From NCBI RefSeq assembly GCF_006345805.1, contig NW_021825041.1, forward strand, positions 1-17,049: a stretch of 17,049 nucleotides of DNA, in the 5' to 3' direction. This DNA comes from Octopus sinensis (taxonomy: Eukaryota). Of this stretch, positions 1 through 8,719 are shown in pieces (position 1 is the stretch's first letter; each line of letters opens with the position of its first letter). Below the pieces are notes generated by a model that made no database searches, had not been told where the DNA came from, and saw nothing but the letters and a program-made list of their open reading frames with translations. A program made the position numbers and the translations under genes.

Positions 1-10
1 ACCCACAATT

Positions 11-190
11 GGAGGCGTGTGCTCAAGTCGTTAGAGTGTTGGACTCATGATTGCAAGATTGGGATTTCAAATTCTGGATCGGAAAACACGCGTTGTAATC
101 TCCAACAAGGTATTTTATATCACGTTGCTCCAGTCCACTCAGATGGCAAAAGTGAGTAATTCTGCGAGGGACTGGCGTCCCATCCAGTGA
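11..190 (+). mobile_element. Decayed tRNA-derived SINE (second family), 3' part missing
   Basis: Starts GGAGGCGTGTGCTCAAGTCGTTAGAGTGTTGGACTCATGATTG with degenerate A-box-like and B-box-like (GATTTCAAATTC) segments. A SINE-like body follows (GTTGCTCCAGTCCACTCAG...CTGCGAGGGACTGGCGTCCCATCCAG). Family assignment is from recognition only. Confidence 0.55.
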
Positions 191-206
191 GCTTGTACAT
201 ATGTAT

Positions 207-636
207 ATTCTTTTATTCTCTTACTTATTTTAGCCATTTGACTGCGACCATGCTGGAGCACCACCTTAAAGGGTTATAGTCGAAGAAATCAACTCCAGGA
301 CTTATTCTTTGCAAGCTTTGTACTTATTTTATCGGTCGCTTTTGCAGTACTGCTAAGTTACGGGAACATAAACACACAAGCATCGGTTGTAAAGCGATGG
401 GGGTTGGGGACAAGCACAGGCACATACACGCACGCATAAATATACACAAATATATATATATATATAATATAGACAGGCTTCTTTCAGTTTCCGTCTACCA
501 AATCCACTCACAAGGCTTTGGTCGGCCTGAGGCTATAGTAGAAGACATTGAACCCGAAAACTTATGGTTGGGAAGCAAACCAGTTACCACAGTCACGCCT
601 GCACATCCACACCTTCACAGCCACGCCTGCGCCCTA
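207..636 (-). mobile_element. tRNA-derived SINE, main family, copy 1 (rearranged head)
   Basis: Shares blocks with the five other copies: CCATGCTGGAGCACC, GGACTTATTCTTTG, CTTCTTTCAGTTTCCGTCTACCAAATCCACTCACAAGGC and GAGGCTATAGTAGAAGACA. The head region has a deletion and a short duplication (CACGCCTGC twice). Confidence 0.85.
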
Positions 637-658
637 TATATATATAAATATATATACA

Positions 659-998
659 TATATTAAATCTCTGAGCGAGATATAAACAGTAGCAATACAG
701 AATCGGAACATATAATTGCCAACCAAGTGTGGCATCTTATACGGTACAGTGATACTGACGTTTATAGTTCCAGGAAGACATCTCTTCCGGCTGGCTAACG
801 ACACACATTCTGTGTCTGATTAGTATTTGCAAGGGGAGGTCATCGCTCCCATCTCTAGTCTGACGTGATACACACGGAATCGAGTTTCTAGGTGGTTGCC
901 CGTCCTGAGTGTGTGTCAGTCACCAACTAATGAGGAAGGCTCATTCACACACAAAATACAATATGCTTCTTCCATATCTTGCTCAGAGATTTAATATA
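659..998. mobile_element. ~340-bp non-autonomous element with terminal inverted repeats (MITE-like)
   Basis: 661-683 TATTAAATCTCTGAGCGAGATAT and 974-996 ATATCTTGCTCAGAGATTTAATA form a 23-bp inverted repeat with 1 mismatch. TA lies outside both ends. No coding capacity is evident. Confidence 0.55.
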
Positions 999-1083
999 GT
1001 TTATTTCTCATATTTCGACATCAGCAACAGCTTGTTGCTGGAAAATGTATATAGTACTTTGCGAGTGGAATGAATTTTCATCA

Positions 1084-1215
1084 CTAACTGGTGATTAACG
1101 CACTCTGTAACTTCTCCCTCATCAACGCTGTCATGTCATGTTTCTCTTGGAGACGAGTATCTATCTTTAGGGCATCAACATATGTCATTCTTGGGTTCCC
1201 TCTTCTAATGTGACC

Positions 1216-1219
<4 letters not shown>
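1084..1219 (-). mobile_element. RTE-like LINE ORF C-terminal fragment
   Basis: Translates as EGHIRRGNPRMTYVDALKIDTRLQEKHDMTALMREK, resembling the RRGRP-x-TY-x-D-x-LK-x-DT C-terminal region of RTE-type LINE proteins. Confidence 0.5.

Positions 1220-1310
<91 letters not shown>
1219..1310. repeat. Compound (TA)n-(GA)n microsatellite
   Basis: A pure TA run (~1219-1273) is followed directly by a GA run (~1277-1309). Confidence 0.95.
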
Positions 1311-1313
<3 letters not shown>

Positions 1314-1648
1314 GATATAGATACATAGATAGAGTTCGTTAAAAGAAAAATTGGGATTAAAATGTCCTTACAGATATCAATGGAGCACTCTGTATTAAAA
1401 GAATTTGGTTGTAAATATTCAGCAATCAATATAAGTAGAATACATATAAAAAAAGGAACTCAAAGGATATCGCGGTACACGATAAACGACCTGTTCATTA
1501 CATCAGTGTATAATAGATATAAAAGATGGTTTAAAGCTCTCTTCAGCCGGATACATTGTTATTCCAATGAGACTATATATATATATATAATAATATATAT
1601 ATCGATATATAATCTATATATATATATATTTATTTATGTTATAGAAGG

Positions 1649-1699
1649 AGCTTCTACAGGACTAGAACTGTTTCATTCAAATGAAATCATCAGGAAGCT
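1649..1699 (-). ncRNA. Mirror-image copy of the hammerhead motif on the minus strand
   Basis: Follows directly from the perfect palindrome: the minus strand has the identical sequence. Confidence 0.7.
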
Positions 1700-1746
1700 T
1701 CCTGATGATTTCATTTGAATGAAACAGTTCTAGTCCTGTAGAAGCT
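1696..1746 (+). ncRNA. Minimal type I hammerhead ribozyme motif (Penelope-like-element type)
   Basis: Stem I AGCTTC(1696-1701)/GAAGCT(1741-1746). Core CTGATGA (1702-1708). Short stem II TTC/GAA with an ATTT loop and a U-U closing mismatch. GAAA (1721-1724). Stem III CAG/CTG with an 8-nt loop containing palindromic CTAG. GUA cleavage triplet (1738-1740). Confidence 0.7.
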
Positions 1747-2450
1747 CCTTCTATAACATAAATTAATTTACTCTGCTATGTTGAGTACCTTATTTACTGT
1801 GGTTAACCCCGACTCAACCCGGGACCTACAAATATATTATATATATATATATATAATATATATATATATATATTTACACGAATATGAGTGTAAAGTATTC
1901 AGGTATTGGAGACAATATGTCTTGCAGCCTTGCTGTACTTAATTATATATTTACATGTTTTGTGTTCAATTCCCAACGAACTCAAATATTTATATCATCC
2001 CTCCGAGGTCAATGACAATCTAGACCCGTTTTTCCGTACTGAGATCGATATAAACGCACGCATTCCTTTAATATATTTATATCCTTGTGTTCTGCATGCT
2101 GAGCAACCTGCATTATCCTCCCTTTATACTTCCGCCACGAACTTCAACATAGCACGTTGCTTCTTCTTCCAGCGTATTATTTACCTGGAATAAAGAAGCA
2201 CAGGGAGACGGTTTCTACTTTAAGTAATCGATATTTGTGAATATGAATAGAACTCCGCGTCGTATTTAAGAAAGCTTAGTTATTTTCAGTCTAATTCTAT
2301 AACACACGCATTAATGAAGAGCCATGCTTTCTAAAATTAAACAGGCGATCCCCGCTTTCTTTTATTCCTGTCCTTAAAACATCATTCCTTTGAATTTAGT
2401 TTTTGCTCTATTCAGCATTTTTGTTTCACAGATGTGCTTCAGTCCATATA

Positions 2451-2855
2451 CTCTTTTACTTGTTTCAGTTATGTGACTCTGGCCATGCTGGAGCACCGTC
2501 TTTATAGTCGAGCATATCGACCCCAGGACTTATTCTTTGTAAGCCTAGTACATATTCTATCGGTCTTTGTGGCCGAACCGATAACTTACGGGAACGTAAA
2601 TACAGACATGCTATGTTGGGGGACAAACACAGACACACAAACATACACACACACACACACGCACATAAATAAATATATATATATTTATATACGACGGGCT
2701 TCTTTCAGTTTCTGTCTACCAAATGCACTCACATGCCTTTGGTCAGCCCGAGGCTATAGTAGAAGACACTTGCCCAAGGTACCACGCAGTCGGTCTGAAC
2801 CAGGAACCATGTGGTTGGTAAACAAGGTACTTACCACACATCCACTCCTACGCAT
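2451..2855 (-). mobile_element. tRNA-derived SINE, main family, copy 2
   Basis: Full-length match to the other copies from the tail CTCTTTTACTTGTTTCAG to the head (CCACTCCTACGC), with an internal (CA/TA) tract. Confidence 0.9.
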
Positions 2856-2888
2856 ATATTCACATTATGTATTATATAATAATATATA

Positions 2889-2928
<40 letters not shown>

Positions 2929-2986
2929 CGTATATACATATATACATATATGCATATATATACAAACATGCATACATACATACATA

Positions 2987-3019
<33 letters not shown>

Positions 3020-3034
3020 ATATATGTATGTATG

Positions 3035-3078
<44 letters not shown>

Positions 3079-3082
3079 CATT
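2856..3082. repeat. TA/TG/TATG compound microsatellite
   Basis: Alternating purine-pyrimidine simple repeats seen directly. Confidence 0.9.
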
Positions 3083-3163
3083 AGAAATTCCTTATTGAAT
3101 TTTTAGCATCACTGAAGTCATGACGAAAACAGACAGCACTAACGAGGATTTCTTATTTTCCAG

Positions 3164-3896
3164 ATGGCTGGTCACCTCGCACACTGGACGACTTGGAGAC
3201 ACGGATTCAGGAGTTTCGCAATAATATCCCAGACGACGTCCTTCAGAAGGGTTTTCATTCCGTCCTTGGCGGTTTGAGTGAACCGGTTGACACCACACTG
3301 TCCAGGAGCGAGCAAAGATTGCAGCACATTATGATGTGTGGAATTCCATTGTTTTATTTCAGAGATTGTGGCATGCATGTTTTAGGTAAGCATGCAACAC
3401 TACGTCCGGAGACAATGAGAAGCTGTCATGCAAAGCTGATGACCACGGACCACGGGTTCTGTGAACGATGCTAGAAGTAGCCGTCTAACAACATCCCGAT
3501 CAGCGAAGAACGTGGCAACCGTGCAGGAAATGTTTAATCCGCAAAAGATCAACACGTCAAGCAGCTCTGAAAGTTGGGTATTGCATAAAGAACTCAATTT
3601 TCGTCCGTGGAAAGCCCATTAGGTGAAGGAGCTAAAATCCTAAGTCTATGACCGCATAAGTCCAGAAGTCCAAAACTCCAAGAAGTCCAGATCTCACTCC
3701 ATGTAACTTTTGCCTTTGAGGCTACAGAAAAGAGGCGGTGTACAAGTCAAAACCTCGCACACTGGACGACTTGGAGACACGGATTCAGGAGTTTCGCAAT
3801 AATATCCCAGACGACGTCCTTCAGAAGGGTTTTCATTCCGTCCTTGGCGGTTTGAGTGAACCGGTTGACACCACACGTGTTTACGTTGAAATATGA
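3164..3896 (+). mobile_element. Decayed Tc1/mariner-superfamily transposase (internal deletion plus templated insertion)
   Basis: Reconstructed N-terminus MAGHL-TVQERAKIAAHYDVWNSIVLFQR...KHATLRPETMRSCHAKLMTTGSVNDARS...NVATVQEMF...STRQAA...LHKELNFRPWKAH (HTH region). C-terminus PRSPDLTPCNFCL*GYRKEAVYKSKPRTLDDLETRIQEF...VDTTRVYVEI*, matching the WPPRSPDLTP-x-D-F-x-LWG motif. It carries stops and frameshifts, and the central catalytic region is absent. A possible right TIR remnant lies near 3990-4018. Confidence 0.85.
3174..3876 (+). repeat. Exact 125-bp direct repeat (3174-3298 and 3752-3876)
   Basis: The two copies are identical by eye (ACCTCGCACACTGGACG...GGTTGACACCACAC), offset by 578 bp. 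Confidence 0.95.
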
Positions 3897-4024
3897 AGAC
3901 TTACTTTCATTTTACCATGTAATAAAGAGAATATATAGTTTGTTTCTATAAATTTGTAAAAGTAATATCGATTTTATTAGCAATTTTTAATGCCTAATTA
4001 CTTATCACCCACCATATATATATT

Positions 4025-4102
4025 GTATGTATGTATGTATGTATGTATGTATGTATGTATGTATGTATGTATGTATGTACGTATGTATGTATGTACGTAT
4101 GT
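4025..4102. repeat. (TATG)n microsatellite
   Basis: Direct observation. Confidence 0.95.
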
Positions 4103-4128
4103 ATAGACATATAGATAGACAGATAGAT

Positions 4129-4493
4129 AAGTTTCTTTATTGGCCACACAGGCTGGCACAGATGGGACAAGTTACAAGGTTAGAGCTTTTTTTGGGGGAT
4201 GAAAAAAGAAAAAAAAAGGGGTGGGTAGGTTTTCGATCAAGAGGGATCGTAAAAGGGAAGAAAAGAACAAAAAAAAATATAAAAAAAAAATAAAAAAGAA
4301 AAAGAAAAAAAAGAAAAGGAGAAGGAACAAAAGAAAAGAGAAATGAAAAAAGAAGAAAAAAGGGGAAAAAAAGAGGAAGAGGAAAAAAAACGATCAATAG
4401 GGATCGTGTATCACAGTGTTATGATATATGGTGTGAAGGGGAAAGCAAGTAAGGTTTATCCGTGGGAAGAAAAGCCTACGAAAAGGACCACGG
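4129..4493 (-). mobile_element. Probable 3' UTR fragment of a non-LTR retrotransposon (L1/Tx1-like)
   Basis: The minus strand has a long T-rich tract and ends ...CCTTGTAACTTGTCCCATCTGTGCCAGCCTGTGTGGCCAATAAAGAAAC, with an AATAAA signal, followed by (TATC)-like repeats. The clade is an inference; no ORF remains. Confidence 0.45.
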
Positions 4494-4494
4494 T

Positions 4495-4575
<81 letters not shown>

Positions 4576-4612
4576 CAGACAAGCAGGCAGACAGAGGGAC
4601 AGGCAGACAGAC
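4494..4612. repeat. (GATA)n microsatellite grading into (GACA/GGCA)n
   Basis: Direct observation. Confidence 0.95.
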
Positions 4613-4621
4613 TGACATATC

Positions 4622-4746
4622 ATCAATGAAGTCGGGTTGTTTCGCATGAGAACCCGGCCGGATTAATTGGAGACGGCTGCTTTTGACAGGACCAAATGGA
4701 AGGCGTGCTTGAGGACTCTCTGTCCATGAACCTCCCAGGATTAAGT
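4622..4746 (+). mobile_element. RTE-like LINE 3' end fragment
   Basis: Frame from 4622 reads INEVGLFRMRTRPD*LETAAFDRTKWKACLRTLCP*, matching the typical A-x-DR-x-x-W...ALC LINE C-terminus. A very short 3' end (CCCAGGATTAAGT) follows. Confidence 0.6.
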
Positions 4747-4967
4747 GGGCGAAGACTTCATTGATGAAGACTTTAAAGAGAACTTTTCCTTAATTTGAAC
4801 CCATTATATGGAGGAAAACTCGGCCGTCGAGTTTTCCTCCATATTATAACTATTGAATATATATGTATATATAATTAAGGGTAAAATCAATTAGTTATTA
4901 ATTAATTTCACCAAGTAGTGTTCAGTATGTAAAAGGACCATTCAAGGCGTATTCAAAATATTACTTT

Positions 4968-5253
4968 ATATAATTAAGGACTCAGTAAAATAATTTACTT
5001 TGCCAAATACTGAAATTTTTAGAAATAGCAGCCCCAAAAGATTTTCTTTAGCCATTTCTACAACTTTAAGAGGAATCTCCCTGAAAAGCTTACTCAAAAA
5101 TAATTACTCAAAAATAACTACTTTTGAGTAAGCATTTTCAGGGAGGATTCTTCTTAAAGTAGTAGAAATGGCTAAAGAAAATTTTTGGGGGTTGCTATTT
5201 CTAAAATTTCAGTATTTGGCAAAGTAAATTATTTTATGAGGCCTTAATTATAT
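4968..5253. repeat. Imperfect inverted repeat, ~132-bp arms with ~22-bp spacer
   Basis: 4968-5099 is the approximate reverse complement of 5122-5253, e.g. AATAATTTACTTTGCCAAATACTGAAATTTT versus AAAATTTCAGTATTTGGCAAAGTAAATTATT, with scattered mismatches. Confidence 0.9.
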
Positions 5254-5258
5254 CAAGT

Positions 5259-5289
<31 letters not shown>

Positions 5290-5291
5290 TA

Positions 5292-5324
<33 letters not shown>

Positions 5325-5590
5325 GTAAGATCCAGAGAAGCTAACTATAGAAACACGGTTTAGTTGATCAAATTATTTGAATTTACACTCCGAAGTCTTT
5401 TTCAAGGACTAAGTCCACCGGGGTGAAGAATGGCTATATAAAGAATCCAGCTGACAGAGGGATAGTGATACAAACAAGCGCGCTTCGACTTGATATATAG
5501 AATATATATACACATATACTGGTAAATATATACACATATATATATACACATATACAGGTAAATATATATGTGTGTGTGTGTGTGTATTTT

Positions 5591-6003
5591 CTCTTTTATT
5601 TTTTTACTTGTTTCAGTCATTTGACTGCGGCCATGCTGGATCACCGCCTTTAGTCGAGCAAATCGACACCAGGACTTATTTTTTTGGAAGCCTAGTACTT
5701 ATTCTATCGTTTCTTTTGCCGAACCGCTAAGTTACGGGGACGTAAACACACCGGCATCGGTTGTCAAGCGATGTTGGGGAGACAAACACAGACACACAAA
5801 CATATACACATACGTACATATATATATATACATATATACGACAGGCTTCTTTCTGTTTCCGTCTACCAAATCCACTCACAAGACTTTGGTCGTCCCGAGG
5901 CTATAGTAGAAGACACTTGCCCAGGGTGACACGCAGTGGGATTGAACCCGGAACCATGTGGTTGGTTAGCAAGCTACATACCATACAACCACTCCTGCGC
6001 TTA
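5591..6003 (-). mobile_element. tRNA-derived SINE, main family, copy 3
   Basis: Full-length match to the other copies. Confidence 0.9.
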
Positions 6004-6028
6004 TATATATATATATATATATATATAT

Positions 6029-6095
<67 letters not shown>

Positions 6096-6170
6096 CATAT
6101 GTGGATATGTATGCATATTTTATATATCAAGCCCAAGCTTCGAATTACTAACTCTCTCTATATATATATA

Positions 6171-6376
6171 CTCTTTTACTTGTTTCAGTCATTTGACTCC
6201 GGCCATGCTGGAGCACCGCCTTTAATCAAGCAACTCGACCCCGGGACTTATAAAAGTTTTAGTCAACCCAAGGCTATAGTAGAAGACACTTGCCCAAATT
6301 TCCACACAGTGGGACTGAACCTGAAACTGTGTGACTGGGAAGCAAACTTCTTATCACACAGCCACGCCTGCCCCTA
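6171..6376 (-). mobile_element. tRNA-derived SINE, main family, copy 4 (internally deleted)
   Basis: The tail block (6171-6250) is joined almost directly to the AAGGCTATAGTAGAAGACACTTGCCC/head block. About 200 bp of the middle, including the internal microsatellite, is missing. Confidence 0.85.
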
Positions 6377-6911
6377 TGTGTATCTATATGAATGTATGTA
6401 TATATACACACACACATATATATATATATATACACAGAAGAGTTTTTAAGCATGTGATGCTTGAATCTCTGTGCGTGTGAAATGTGTGTGTATGTGTGTG
6501 TAAGCGTGTGTGTGCGCGTGTGTATGGTGTATGAGTGTGTTGACAGATGGTGACGTTGACAAATTAATCATATCAATATTTTATATCCAAACAACCGTGA
6601 AATCTAACCTCAAAAAACTTGTGTAAAAGCAATATTTCTTATTTAATTATTGATTTATATTATCAGCAAAGCTTAACCTTACGTATGTGTGTATGTCTGT
6701 GTGTGTTTGTGTGAAAGAGAGTGGACAAATGAATAAATGATTATCTTATGGACTTCTTTGCCTTACAGGCTGTTTCCGCTATAGATGCAGTGGATTAGAG
6801 TTGAGTGCTTGAGTAACAACTTGGATTTGAAGTGCAATTTACTTGGAATGGAATTACGCTCTGCGCCTCTTTATGGAACGATATCAGCGACGAGAAAGTC
6901 AATGCATATAA

Positions 6912-7326
6912 TCTTTTACTCTTTTACTCTTTTACTTGTTTCAGTCATTTGACTGCGGCCATGCTGGAGCACCGCCTTTAGTCGAGCAAATCGACCCCGG
7001 GACTTATTCTTTGTAAGCCCAGTACTTATTCTATCGGGCTCTTTTGCCGAACCGCTAAGTAACGGGGACATAAACACACCAGCATTGGTTGTCAAGCGAT
7101 GTTGGGGAGCAAACACACACACAAAAACACACACATACATATATATATATATACATAAATACGACAGGCTTCTTTCAGTTTCCGTCTACCAAATCCACTC
7201 ACAAGGCATTGGTCGGCCCGAGGCTATAGCAGAAGACACTTGCCCAAGATGCCACGCAGTGGGACTGAACCCGGAACCATGTGGTTGGTTAGCAAGCTAC
7301 TTACCACACAGCCACTTCTGCGCCTA
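6912..7326 (-). mobile_element. tRNA-derived SINE, main family, copy 5 (best preserved)
   Basis: The minus strand has an A-box-like TGGCTGTGTGG (7304-7314) and a B-box-like GGTTCAGTCCC (7261-7271), followed by CTTGGGCAAGTGTCTT, reminiscent of the start of the CORE domain. The 3' tail is tandem (GTAAAAGA)n. Confidence 0.92.
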
Positions 7327-7767
7327 TGTATATTAAAAATATATATACACCTGTATTGGTTTTCTGTGTAGGAAATGACAACAGCCATGAGAAAGTCAAC
7401 ACAGATGTATATATATATTATATGCATCTTTACTGACATTCTCATTTTTGATGATGTCATTCCATATACATCCGCGAAGCGAATTCTTTCCCAAACCAAT
7501 TGCAATTCATATTCGAGGCTCTGATGAATCTATAATGTATTACTCAGACACTCAACTACGAGTGTTTCATACCGGAAACAGATGATGGCCAATGAAGTCC
7601 ACCTTTGTCATCTTTCTTATTACCACTCTGTATTCAGCTGACACTTAGTTCTGAAACATACGTATATTGACTTCTACACCAGGTTATTAATCTTGCAACG
7701 CCTAAGTTAGATTTTTGTGTGTTTGTGTGAATGAGAATTGTGTGTGTACGTGTAATACGTGTTTATA

Positions 7768-8704
7768 CATATGTGCTTATGTATGTATGTATGTATGTAT
7801 GTATGTATGTATGTATGTATGTATGTATGTATTTACGTACGTGTGTATGTATGTATGTATGTATGTATGCATGTATGCATGCATGCATGTATGTATGCAT
7901 GTATGTATGTATGTATGTATGCATGCATGCATGTATGTATGTATGTATGTATGTATGTATGTATGTATGTATGGTATGTGTATGTATGTATGTATGTATG
8001 TATGTACGTACGTGTGTATGTATGTATGTATGTATGCATGTATGCATGCATGCATGTATGTTGTATGTATGTATGTATGTATGTATGTACGTACGTGTGT
8101 ATGTGTATGTATGTATGTGTAGTATGCATGCATGCATGCATGTATGTATGATGATGTATGTATGTATGTATATATGTATGTTGTATGTATGTATGTATGC
8201 AGTATGATGCATGCATGCATGCATGCATGTATGTATGTATGTATGTATGTATGTATGTATGTATGCATGCATGTATGTATGTATGTATGTATGTATGTAT
8301 GTATGTATGTATGTATGCATGCATGTATGTATGTATGTATGTATGTATGTATGTATGTACGTACGTGTGTATGTATGTATGTATGTATGTATGTATGTAT
8401 GCATGTATGCATGCATGTATGTATGTATGTATGTATGTATGTATGTATGTATGTACGTACGTGTGTATGTATGTATGTATGTATGTATGCATGTATGCAT
8501 GCATGCATGTATGTATGTATGCATGTATGTATGTATGTATGTACGTACGTGTGTATGTATGTATGTATGTATGCATGCATGCATGCATGTATGTATGTAT
8601 CTATGTATGCATGTATGTATGTATGAATGTATGTATGTATGAATGTATGTATGTATGTATGTATGTATTTATGTATGTACGTATGTGTGTATTATGTATG
8701 TATG
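7768..8704. repeat. ~950-bp (TATG)n/(CATG)n compound microsatellite
   Basis: Direct observation. It gives rise to all the MYVC/HTYI ORFs in the track. Confidence 0.97.
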
Positions 8705-8719
8705 TCTCTTCTATCTGTT

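Larger units (their letters stand above)
1632..1763. repeat. Perfect 132-bp palindrome (66-bp arms, no spacer)
   Basis: Base-by-base, 1698-1763 is the exact reverse complement of 1632-1697. The centre is GGAAG|CTTCC. Confidence 0.97.

Noticed and set aside
1695-1700. HindIII site at the palindrome centre as evidence of a ligation artefact
   Set aside because: Any perfect palindrome has a palindromic central hexamer, so this is not diagnostic. An artefact still needs read-level exclusion.
1362-2193. ORFs 1362-1718 and 1906-2193
   Set aside because: They lack canonical starts or recognisable domains, and the first runs through TA repeats and the palindrome.
3437-3443. CTGATGA core match
   Set aside because: It is part of transposase codons (K-L-M-T), with no ribozyme stems.
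6755-6900. Possible host exon after TTCTTTGCCTTACAG
   Set aside because: All three frames hit a stop within about 45 bp of the AG, and no convincing donor or homology is visible. A non-coding or UTR exon cannot be excluded.
7515-7570. CTGATGA at 7521 near the hairpin ACACTC/GAGTGT as a second hammerhead
   Set aside because: GAAA and stem I are not in the right register on the + strand. On the minus strand GAAA-stem-GTC exists but has no CTGANGA.
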